Assembly: GCF_964355755.1 (NCBI RefSeq)
Contig: NC_092679.1
Coordinates: 16,413,432-16,477,431, forward strand
DNA: 64,000 nt
Source of the DNA: Antedon mediterranea
Lineage: Eukaryota; Animalia; Echinodermata
Direction: 5' to 3'
Each line of letters begins with the position of its first letter. Position 1 is the stretch's first letter. Of this stretch, positions 41,722-53,832 are shown piece after piece. The notes under the pieces were generated by a model that saw only the letters and a program-made list of their open reading frames with translations, had not been told where the DNA came from and searched no databases. The position numbers and the translations under genes were made by a program.

Positions 41722-44700
41722 TTACTTAAGTTGTTGAGCAATCTTTGCTGTCTTAAAATCTGCCCTCAACTGAACAAAAGACATCACAGTTGATCTGTCT
41801 AACCCAGCCTGTAATATCATAAAATTAACAGAGTTAAAATAATATAATTTTTCCTATACATGTCAATGTAAATATTGATACATGCTTTACATATTTTAAT
41901 TTGTTAATCAAATACTCCATCTTAAATAAAATACACTTGTTATGGTAATGGCTCTACAGTAAATAGTCATAATAATCCCATACTCAAGTTTAATCCCATG
42001 CCTAAGTTTAATCCCATGCCCAAGTTTAATCCCATACTCAAGTTTAATCCCATGCCCAAGTTTAATCGAAAGCCACAGAATAATCCAACTCTAATTTGGA
42101 CATAATAAATGAACTTCTATAACTACTATAAAAATACTATACTTACCATTTGTTCTCCTGTGATAATCTGTTTCAAATTTTCAGGGACGACAACAAGAAG
42201 GTTACACAAGGCATGGAGCATTTCAAAAAGAGAATTCACAAGACCACTCTACATAAAAATAAAAGACAAAGGTTAAAAAAGTTCCCTTAAGGGTGTCCCC
42301 TGGAAAGGGGTTGGTTGTAAAAAAAATATTGCCTCTTGTTCATTTCACAGGAAAGTGTTCCCTCAATAGCGGTGTCCCCTCAATAGCGGTGTCCCCTTTA
42401 ATAGAGGTGTTCCAAAGGATAGGTTCTATTGTAGTTTGTGTACTAACCAATTGTTAAAGGTTTAATGTATTAAACTATTTCAAAAGCCTTTAGAGCCAGT
42501 TTGTTAAACGGTGCATTAGAGTATGTATATCATGATCTAATGCGATTATTTTCTTTAAATGTGTAAACACTGTATTATTTGTATATATTATATATTGCAT
42601 TACCTTATAAACTTGTAGAAGAACACCTTTATTTTATGGTGAACAAGCTTTATATTTTGTACTATTGTATTTTATATTTTGTGAATAAATAAAGATTTTG
42701 ATTGATTGATTGATTTAATATTTCTCAAATATATCTGTCTTTTCAATTTATCATATTATTTCAACCACCGTTAGGGCACAATTTTTTAAACAGTGCATTA
42801 GAGTATGTTAACATGATTTATATGTTTGATATTACTCAAATATGTCTGTCTTTTGTCTGTCATCATGCTATATTTTGAAAGCCTTTAGGGCACAATTTGT
42901 TATAAACGGTGCATTATAGTATGTATACTAATAAACAGTGTTCGTTGAAAAGCAAGATGAAAACATACAGTGAATGCCTTAGCAGTTCTTCTATATTCAT
43001 TAACATCACAAATGACCAGCATTGCTCCCATTGAGTTATAAGTGAAGCTTTGTAGATGATCTAGGATTACACGATGAAATCTTATTCCAAACTCGAGTCG
43101 CACAGCACCGACATTTTTGCCGTCAAGACAAGCGTTCAATTTGCCTGCCTGCTGCTCAACAAACTTAAGAACTTTAGCACAGGCCTGAAAAAAGAAAAAT
43201 TTCCTCATCTTTATCGTTTAAAATTATTAGTATATCACCCGGGTGGTTTAGAATTAATGTTCGGGACCTGTAGTGTATTTATATATATATATATGGTAAT
43301 TGATGTGGGCGTATAAATTTGATTTCTGGTGCGCGTGCACACAATTGAGAGACTAGTGCTCCGCCGTACCACGCCAAGAATGTTAAAAAGTCGTTATCCA
43401 ATCGAATTTGAACTATACCATGAAATCCCCCGTGGTCTAATGGTGAGGACATCTGCATATCAAGCAGAAGGTTCCAGGTTAGAATCTTGGTTGAGGCTAC
43501 TTTTTCTTAATCTCACAGATTTCCTTATCTTTATCGTTTAAAATTAATTAATTAACTTTTAGTTTATCACCGGGTGGTTTAGAATTTATTCTGTGCCTGT
43601 GATGTTTATGTATGGTAATAGACAAATTTTCCATTTTTTACAATGTAAAAAAAGAGCCTGTGATTTAAAGAAAACTACAAAACAATTGACAAAGATTTAA
43701 ATAGAAGCACACAAATGCAAATCTAACTTACCTGTGTTGATAACTCTGTAGGCATTTCTTCAGTTTCAGGTTTAAAGTCAGATTTCTTTTGCTCTGCTGA
43801 TAAAATATGCTTTATCCATCCACACCAACAATTCAACGTTCTGAAAAAAACACCACATAAATAAATTAGCAGAAATAGTAATATTTCCAACAATATACTG
43901 CAGTAAAAGTAAATTAGACTAATGTTTTCTTCTTCATTATAACATGAGTTCAAGGATGTAGCCAATCAGACGCGCTGAAATGAGTCATGTGTGCGCTCTT
44001 TATTTTTTTACTAGAGCACAGCAAAAAAAGCATAACAGCACTGCGTGTAAATCTTATGGCAAAATACCAATTACGCTAGGGGCTGCACGATTTACGGGTA
44101 GGAACCAGTGGTCACCACAGCTCGCATTAATTAATTAATCATTAATTTGGTCGCCGAGCAGATTTGTGCTTGCTGAAGTAGGCCTAGCTTCTAGGCACAA
44201 AAAGATAAGTGAAAATAGTTTCCTACCTGTCTAAACCATTTTCAATTTTTGCTTCCATTTGCTCCTTTATCTCTCGTTTCTCTTGCACACACTGGCTGTA
44301 CATTGGCGAGGAACTAAATACAGAAAATATAAAGTACAATAAAAATATAAAAAATATACACATAATATAGAAAATATACACATAATATAGAAAATATACA
44401 CATAATATAGAAAATATACACATAATATAGAAAATATACACATAATATAGGAAATATACACATAATATAGAAAGTATACACATAATATAGAAAATATACA
44501 CATAATATAGAAAATATACACATAATATAGAAAATATACACATAATATAGAAAATATACACATAATATAGAAAATATACACATAATATAGAAAATATACA
44601 CATAATATAGAAAATATACACATAATATAGAAAATATACACATAATATAGAAAATATACACATAATATAGAAAATATACACATAATATAGAAAGTATAAC

Positions 44701-47700
44701 ACTCAAGTTATGTAAGACATATTAAGATATTGGACATGATCTTCAAGTATATTAACAAATACTACCAAAACAATACTGTATAACTACTGTATTATCTATA
44801 TTACGGGTTTTTGATTTGATGTCAATTCATTTTGAGCATGTATTGGGATGCGTGTCCTCGTTCCAATCCTTGTGACACAGGTTTGATGGTTTCTAGGTCG
44901 AGACGATGACCGATGGCACATCGATTGACCTGATCTAGGTTGGTCATCCAAAATATGGTCGTAATATCAATATGGGACTGTTGTTTGTTCAATTTTAAGA
45001 GCAAGTATAAAAAAAGCATTGTCAAATGTCAAGGACGACAGAAAGACTAACCTAATAAGTGGAACTAGAAGTTCACTGAACTGTTTCTCTAGAAGATGAA
45101 AGACTGCGTTTGCCTGCCTTGCTACATCAATAAAGTAGCCCTGAGGTTCTGTCTTAGGCTCATTGGATGGTATGCCTTGCAAGCCTATTTCCAAGGCATA
45201 GTCTATGTGGTCTATGCATAAGTAGTGGGTTAGGAGCTTAAAGATGTTCACAGCATTAACAGCAAGGTCAGATTGGTTTGAAAGCTGAAATAAAATCAAA
45301 ACTGATAATTGCTGCAATTCAAATGACAATACATTTTTAGGCTAAAACATAGTAAATGCACGGTGTTTTAAACTGGCCAATTACATTGTATCATTTTGTG
45401 AAGTGGCCAAGCAGTCAAGTCAGGGGCAACACCTTAATCCTAGTCATAATAGTTAATTAGTAGGTTTAAGTCTTCTATTATTATAGTTTAACAACTTAAA
45501 AATAGGGGTCCAGTGTACATGCATTATATGGTTCATACACCCTGAACCCAGGGCATCTTTCATGATTTGATGTTACAGCAGCTATGGTGAGCTGCTGTTT
45601 ATATCGGTTTCACCTGCACCCTTGAATCACATTATACAGTAGCTTTAATTGCAATAAGGATTATCCCACCAAGAAATTTAAAACTGTCCTGGTTATAGAA
45701 TAGGGACAATTACAGTAGAAACCCCCCTTTGGATCACCCCTATTAAGGGGACATTTTTATATGAAACAAAGAGAAATATATGTATTAACACTATAGCAAA
45801 CTATAGGGACATTTTGTTTGGATCCTAAGGTGTCCCCTTAATATGGGTTTTACTGTAAGTATAAACCTTGCTACACTTAGAGCAGATAAAAAGAAAACAT
45901 ACCAATTTGCATCTGGTTAACGCATGTTTGGATTCGTTGATTAAGTTTAATGACAGCTCTTGAGAGATGAATGGTTCTCCCCCATAGTCAACATGACTGC
46001 TGCCACCAAGATTCAGATTAGACAATGGAGTTTTGGTTCTCAACTTGTTCTGAAGTTCATGTAAACTGTGATATAAAGTGATATTAATGTTAATCTTGTT
46101 CTATAAGCTCAAGCTTTCAAAAACATGATAGCCAACTGTAATTCCATGTCTGTCCCTCATTAAGCTATGTCTACACTATCAAACAATGTGACGCTGTGCC
46201 CATATATGGACATGATGATGTCATATCAATACCATATTTGGGAATATCAAACTAGTTTGATAGTGTAGACAGTACATGTACACTTGAAGCATAGTGTAGT
46301 AAATCAGCAGACCTAATTCCTCAAACTTTTTACTGTTTATATGCTAGCAGACCTAATTCCTCAAACTTGCGCTGTTTATATGCTAGCAGTTGGAGTAGAT
46401 CATCATACCTCTATCATTTTTCTCTTTTTTGTGCAGAGAATCATATAGACCATGCCCATTTATGCCTGTGTGTTGTATCATGATGAGTACAACTACTAAT
46501 TCCCCTATGGAAGGCCTTGGTGCACTGTATCTCAACTGCTATTCCCCTATGATCCTCTAGATCATGGGACAACTAGAACTGTACATCTGGAGATAGGCAC
46601 CACTGGGAGAGATGGCTTATGCCTGTGTATCGTATCATGATGAGTGCAACTACTAATTCCCCTATGGAAGGACTTGGTACACTGTATCTCATCTGCTTGG
46701 CCGATACGATCCTCTAGGTCATGGGTCAACTAGAACTAGAATGCGACAATACATACCCTCCTTGCTGGTCAAGTCTCTTCTTGGTATGGTTAAGTGATTT
46801 GTAGTACAATCTAAGATGCTCCGTCATCTTGCTTTTCAAATGGTCCATCTCCAATTTAACATAGTCATCTAAGTATTTTCCAAACACATGTTTCATCTGC
46901 CGGTTCAAGAAGTTTGAGTCTGAGCCCAGTCGGAAACTACCTAACCCTTTGGTAAGTTTTGATGTTCTGTAAGATAAGCAATACATGATCAAGGCTTAAT
47001 GTAGAATACAGTACATTTAATAAATGATTGGCTAACATTGACCATTGAAATTGGTGAAGCGTGAAGTTAGTACTGTGCTATATTATGGTAGTTTCTATCA
47101 ACATAGACCCACTGTAGTAATTAATCATCATGTGATGTTCCCATATATGGACACGATGATGTCATTTCACTACCATATTTGAGCATATCACTACCATATT
47201 TGGGCACATCACACTATTTTGTCAAACTAGTTTGATAGTGTAGACAGAGCTTCAGAGTACATGTACAGTTGAAGCATAGTGTTGTAAAGTAAATTGTAAG
47301 GGTTTAGTAACAGTGGAGATATCCTGCCCTGAATAGACATAGCTTACGAGTACATACAGAGTAGTTAATAGCGATATGTGCCAATAAAGACATTGCTCTG
47401 TTTCAGAACTGTTTAGGCAACAGAGCAAAGAAAAGCATATACTGTACCTTGCATATAGCTCATACAGTTGAGAAAGAAATTTATCCGTGTCTTCTCTTGT
47501 ACTACCAAGTCGATGTTGAACATGGCACTGCAACCAAAACAATATAAAATTCAACTGTACAGTGGTGTTAACTGCTAGTATTAGCACTCAATGGCTAAAG
47601 GGACTTTGTTTTTTATGCTAAATACATATTACAATTGCAAAATTATAATGTGGTTGGTATGTTATATAGCTCTAAACCTATGTTTTTCATTGTTTTCCCA

Positions 47701-50700
47701 ACAAACAATAACAAATGGGGGTTTCCCAGTGTACTACTTCACACACAGCCACTGTCCCAAACTCATCATGTATTTACACTGGGCCCTCTGGAAGAGGCTA
47801 CCCAGTATAAAGAATAAATAATAATAATAAACTTTAAAAAAGGCATTAAAAATGTTGAAAAAGGCTAAAAACGCCCTTTTATGTCCCTAGCGTTAGATGC
47901 CCATTATGGGCCCTAAATCTTAGGCTTTCGCCATTGTGTATATACATTATTAAAGTATGCTGACATGTTTAATATGGTCAGATGTATATCATTAGTATTA
48001 GTCCTATTATTGCCACACCTAAATCTAAATAGTGTCCTACCTTTAACACTTGTTGGTACAGACACTGCACAAACTTGCCCATTACAAGTTCTGGTGTACT
48101 GAAAACTTCTTGCGTTAAGAAGTTCACCTGTCTACAGATTGGCATAAGATCATCATAGATGTCTCTAAAAACTTGTAAACTCTGTGAAATAGATTAAAAA
48201 TAACACACTTTATTAAGATTATGCGAATCCAGGAAGTTCGGACAGTGCCGAAAAGCCACACTTTTAATATGCTTTTATTTTTCGCTTTTTATCTAGTTTT
48301 AAAACATGTTTGAACTATCGTCACATTGTTGTAAACACAATAACAATACCCACATTTTTTGGATTTTGGTATTGGAAGACTTGTATCATATACTGTATTT
48401 AAATTGTATATAATATTGTTAATTTTACTATATTAAAATGAATATGAAAATTTACCCATATTTAAATTGTATATAATATTGTTAATTCCAGTATATTAAA
48501 ATGAGTATGAAAAATACCTTTTGGTTTGTTTCAATGAAAGACTCAACACATCGGTTGTAACCCTGAAAAAAACATATTACTGGATTAATAAGGGCTAATT
48601 ATGAGGGCTTAAGCTCTGTTTACACTATCAAACTTGTGACAACAAGATGTGATGTGCCCATATATGGACATGGTGATGTCATATCAATACCATATTTGGG
48701 CACATTAGAGTTTTTTGTCAAACTAGTTTGATAGTGTAGAAAGAATTTCATGTACAGGCCAGTCATTATTCAGTGGCGTAACGCAGAGGCCTGATGCCCC
48801 TGGTTTAGGAACCCTAAGTGGCCCTTCAACGCTGGAGGCCTTGGGTGTTTTTAGCCCTTTTCGACATATTTTACTGCCTTTTTCCTCTGGGCACTGCTCA
48901 GGGCCCCATAAGCTCCGGGGCCCCTGGGTTTAGCCAGTAAACGCTCATAGCCGTTACGCCACTGTCATTATTATCACTAGATGTGGGTGGATTACCTTAA
49001 AATTAAGCAAGATGTCCGCCAGTTCTCGCATTCTTTGTTTATCACCATCTTTATGAGCATTGTCAAATTCACTGATTAAATTACTTTCAATAGTAATGTA
49101 TTGGTCTGCAAAGAAAACAATCATTCAGAAAACATCGTGTCTGTATATGAAACAGAAATTCTAATAAAGAATATCTGTTGTTGCTTCTCTTTAACATTTA
49201 CAAACTATCATTTATTTCTGCATTATCATGTACTATCAAGGCCAGTAGCGAGAAGTTAAAAACAGACGATGCAAAGATGTTTTAAATATGATTATTAATA
49301 TAAAATATACGATATGTGCTGGGTAATTGAAGTGGGTGGGTGGTGAAAATTGACAATGAGATGAGGCGAGCATCTCGTCTGCCTCATGCTAGCTACGGCA
49401 TTGACTGTCATTGGTATTTTTACATTTGTAGCTCACTATGTCGGTCAGTTGGTCGGTCGGTAAACACTAACTCAAATTTGAGCACGCGACTGCAGCCATG
49501 TATATGGCCTTGTTGGTATTCATCACTGTATATTTAATCTATATTTCAGTACATATACATGATAAATATCAGAAGACAAGTCTTATTAATTTTAATCATT
49601 ATAATTATGTTTATATCCTTTGGCAAGATTCTTCTCTAGATTTATGTTTTATCTCTCACTGAAGAACGGAATAAATATTTTTCTAACCTGTTATTCTTTT
49701 CTTTGGATGTGCAAACCTATCAAAGAAGAAAAAATGGATTAACAAAAAAAACGGTTTTTAGTACTAAGGAATGGAGGAAAGTATGTTGGTAAAAGTAGTA
49801 GAGAAATAATAGGACATATTGTTACATACTTATCTGAAGGCAGCTCTTGGGCAATTAGATATAACTTTTGTATCACATCTGCAGCTTCATTTAACTAAAT
49901 AAAAAAATAATGGTAAAAAAATTAAATTATTACCAAAACATAACATCACCACATTAAAGGACAACTTTACCGAGAACCATATTTTGGCAACATATTTAGA
50001 ATGTACATATGATTTCAGAACAATTGCGCGAATTAGTATTTTGCCGCGCACGCTCTTCCGAAGCGCCAACAATTGCTAGTAAACACACTTTTTGAATAAA
50101 TTGTTGAAAAAAATATAAATGTAGAATTTGTTTATTGTTTAAAAATTGGATATTGAAGTGTTTCAGACTAACAGACTAAACATTTTGGCAAATTTAAGCA
50201 AATTAGGTCAAATTAGCAATTTGAAATGACGGATACCTATCTCTTGTATGTTAATAACAGTGAAAACTCATGTGGTAGATTTTGCTAAGCACACTTGACA
50301 TCATAGCAATTTACGGCAATGGCTGTACAGCGAGAGCGTGCGGCAAAATCGCAAATCTAAATACGTTGTCAAAATATGATTCTCGGTAAAGTTGTCCTTT
50401 ATGCACTTGTCAATTGTATGACCCACTATACAACCCCCGGGAGAGGTGAGTCATGGATGCTTCATTTACAAATAAATACTGACGCAGGGGTGCGTCAAAA
50501 AACCTAGATGGTACGTCACATCAATGAACAATGGTGGGTCAATGTCCGTCCCTTTACCACCCACCATATCAATAAACAACATGGTCACAGTGCGTCAACA
50601 TGGGTGCGTCATGGTCACCAAAAGTAAGTTACATTTTTGACGCACAAGTGCTTTATGGTATTCATAAAGTTATGACACACATCGGAACGAATGACGCACC

Positions 50701-52720
50701 TCTCCCAGGGGTCGTATAGTGGGTCATACAATTGACAAGTGTATTAATACACAAATAAATAGAAATGAATAGCGAAAAAAAAATATTGAAATTAATGCTT
50801 TTCAACTGTATGGCTTAACAAACCTTACAAATTTTTCACCTGATCTACACTAGAATACTTCGAAAAAATTTGGAGTTTGTTTAATTAATACCTGAAATGG
50901 GTCACTGAATATTTCAGCTTGAGGTTCAAATTCGTTAGTGAACATAAAGAAGTAGTGTATGAGTTTTTGGGCTTCCTGGTCTCTAGCTCTGGGTGTGTTT
51001 ACACCTTCAAGTTGGTCACCAAGATGGACGACTTTTGTTGCTACAGAACTAATATGCTCATCCAACTCTTGAAAGTTTGTAAAAGCTTTCTGTAAAATAA
51101 AAACAAGTAGGTTTGGTTTAAGCTCTGTCTACATTATCAAACTAGTTTGACAAACAAAGTGTGATGTGCTTAAACATGATAGTAATGTGGCCAAATATGG
51201 TAGTGATATGACATCATATTTTAGTGCAGAAGTTTACCAAATGTAAGCGTGTTGTAAATCGCACACCTCAAAGGCAGTTTAGGGAGTGTGCCTGAAAAGA
51301 CAAGGCCTGGGGCACATCACATTTTGTGTCCTATAAAGTTTGATAGTGTAGACAGAGCTTACAAAACAATATAGTAGGCCTTTAGCTGTCTAAATATTTG
51401 TGGTCCTAATGTAGCTTTTTTTAAGGCTTGTACTGTAAGATTTTCAACCAGCCCAAGAAAAATGAAGAGATGTAGTAGATTATTGAAGAGATAGAAATAT
51501 ATTAATAAGTAATTTGACAAATCACAAGCAATTGACATGAATCGTTTATGATTGGTCAAATACCTTTGTGTGTATGTGTTTATGTTGCACACTGGGAGTA
51601 AATCTTTTACAGAACCGCACTTACCTTATTAGTCTTGCGAAGTCCGTCAACACTCACAGCGTGCCTTGTCCTTTCACTCTGTAGTGATAATTCTTCCTTT
51701 TTAATTTTTTCATCCATCTTCATACTCATTAGCTTAAGTTCTTCTATGGTACATTCAAACGCGATAAGCATTTTCTTAGCATCAAATGTTCCCGTCTCAT
51801 CTCCATTTCTTTTATTTTCACCTTGAACCCGCCAAGCCAACTGTTCAACAAAATGGCTAGGTTCAAAGTAAGGATTCTAAATTAAATACAAAAACAGTAT
51901 TTAATTTCTTAATATTAATAACAGGCCTACTTTTATAACCAATTTGATAAAAAAAAATTAACTAGGCCATTTTTTTTTCAATACATTCTTTAGAAATTGG
52001 ATTCTTCTTCAATCATAATTGTATAGGCCTAGGCTAACTATGCCTAAGCCTAATATTATTATAAAATTATCATCATCATCATCATTCATAAAAACCATCT
52101 ATTATATTATCTAACTAGGCCTATAACATATACTCCAGGTCACGCCCAACTACTTGTTTAGCTGAGATAAGAATGAAATAAGCCTTATCTCATCCCAAGT
52201 GTTTAGTTTTATTACCCTAATTTGATAAAGAAAAGTTTTTAAAATAGGCCAACTTTATATTTAATATTTAGAAATTAGGATCTTCTTCAATTCAATCATA
52301 TATAGGCTAGGCCTAGGCCTAGGCCTAATTTAAGTCTAAAATATTACTAATTATATAGGCTTATAAAAATCAGAAAAATGTAACCATATCTGTTAATATT
52401 ATCTATTCTAGGCCTAATAACTATCTACTATACTATACGACTAAGTGTTTAGCTTTAGCCTAGTTTATAGTAACATTACTATATTAATGGACGAAACGAC
52501 CACAAAACACAATATAAGGCAGAAACAACACTGTTCCTCCTATCATGTTTTGTTAGCTGTGGGGCGAGGCCTACTCTAGTTTGGGGTTAGACTTCGAAAT
52601 AGGGTCTTAGTATTAGGTAATATAATTTGATAATCATTAGTTCGTACATGTAACAATTGCTGAACAAATTAAACTTAAAACTAACATGATTATTACCTCA
52701 AATTCTTTCATAGAAGACAT
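41722..52720 (-). CDS. EXOC5: Exocyst complex component 5 (Sec10), 716 aa, 17 coding exons: 52697-52720, 51625-51876, 50892-51089, 49830-49894, 49688-49716, 48996-49105, 48518-48562, 48041-48181, 47448-47527, 46757-46966, 45903-46065, 45052-45284, 44227-44313, 43732-43840, 42969-43184, 42147-42248, 41722-41808
   Basis: FQELDEHISSVATKVVHLGDQLEGVNTPR, AADVIQKLYLIAQELP, EQKKSDFKPE, LDGKNV...GAMLVICDVNEYR, LHALCNLLVVVPENLKQ, FVQLRADFKTAK. All junctions are GT-AG and phase-compatible. Confidence 0.97.
44339..44698. repeat. Minisatellite, 20-bp unit AAAATATACACATAATATAG, ~18 near-perfect copies in an EXOC5 intron
   Basis: Direct inspection. It explains the three repetitive minus-strand ORFs here. 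Confidence 0.97.
45713..45855. mobile_element. Tc1/mariner(pogo)-like MITE remnant (TA-CAGTAGAA...TTTTACTG-TA); related CCCTTAATAGGGG-bearing remnants at ~19350, 24655-24835, 42285-42432, 62345-62450
   Basis: CAGT termini with TA flanks and a shared GTCCCCTTAATAG motif. Confidence 0.55.
49958..50398. mobile_element. TTAA-type (Kolobok-like) non-autonomous element, ~35-bp TIR
   Basis: TTAA-AGGACAACTTTACCGAGAACCATATTTTGGCAAC ... GTTGTCAAAATATGATTCTCGGTAAAGTTGTCCT. Confidence 0.8.
50402..50743. mobile_element. MITE with ~52-bp TIR and TTA target duplication
   Basis: TTA-TGCACTTGTCAATTGTATGACCCACTATAC...GTATAGTGGGTCATACAATTGACAAGTGTA-TTA. Confidence 0.82.
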
Positions 52721-53832
52721 TTTCTAAGCTAGGCCCTAGGCCCTCTGGAGAAATTTTACACAGCAGAGAGATTTGTTTTCATCACCGGCCCTCTATCGAC
52801 GACTTCAAACTTTTTTTTAATTGGTCAGCTATCAAAACTTATAAATTTACATATTATATTATATGGTGCACGTGCATGCCATTTTATAGTCAAGTCTATA
52901 GTAAAAATGCGGTAAAACTAAACTACATTCTGTGCCTTTGTTCGTTATATACATTGTTGCTATTGCAGGCATGGGTTATCACATATTGGAAATGGCCTTT
53001 TGAAGGTTTAAACGACATTTGAAAACTACTAACACAGTCGTAATCGGCCCTTTATTTGTTTTTCCATGATGATACTGATATCAGGATAATTGTTGATTTA
53101 TAATCTATGTGAAAAATATACATTGAAAACACCTGTTGCATCTATTATCAGCTTAGGTTACTGACATAAACTGAGACAGACAAACATCGGAGTTAAAAAC
53201 AAAAATCATATGGACAGTTTGTTTGAAATCAAAGTTGAATTGAAATTATACAGAGAGTGCAGTGCGCATTTCATCAAAGAAATACATCACACCGATAGAA
53301 AAAAAAAACTTTTACACAGGGGTGTAGTGTAAAAACTAGTCTTAGAAATTATTGTGTGTATAATAATAGTAGGACTAGTTCATTCTTTAGCGCACATAAG
53401 CAAGCTGTCAATGCACTGTATACCACCCATATACAGTAGGCCAAAACAATTATTATTCGTCCCACAGTTCCAACAGGTACAAATATAGGGCCTAAATTGT
53501 AAGTTTTCATATTTAATAAAATGAAACAATTAGAGCTGAAATGTTGAGTTCGGTGGTCATCGGAAGTTTATAATGTTAAATATTAACCAACTGTTATCTA
53601 CTCACTAAGCATTGATAAATAAAATTAATTTTTCACGACTAATAAACGACGTACATACATTTTGATGATGAGATCGTGTAACTTTTGCCACACGGTGTCT
53701 GATTATAATGCGCTTATCGTATATCGCCTGATATACGTGACGCACGCACGGACAAAGATCGTGTTGCATGTTATATATTCCAAATTATTTGTTATACTAA
53801 TTATAATCATCATTGTGTTCGATTGATGTGAA

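Noticed and set aside
44223-44706. Three overlapping hydrophobic ORFs (YIFYIMCIFSILCVYFLY repeats)
   Set aside because: Translations of a stop-free 20-bp minisatellite; only 44227-44313 is real EXOC5 exon.
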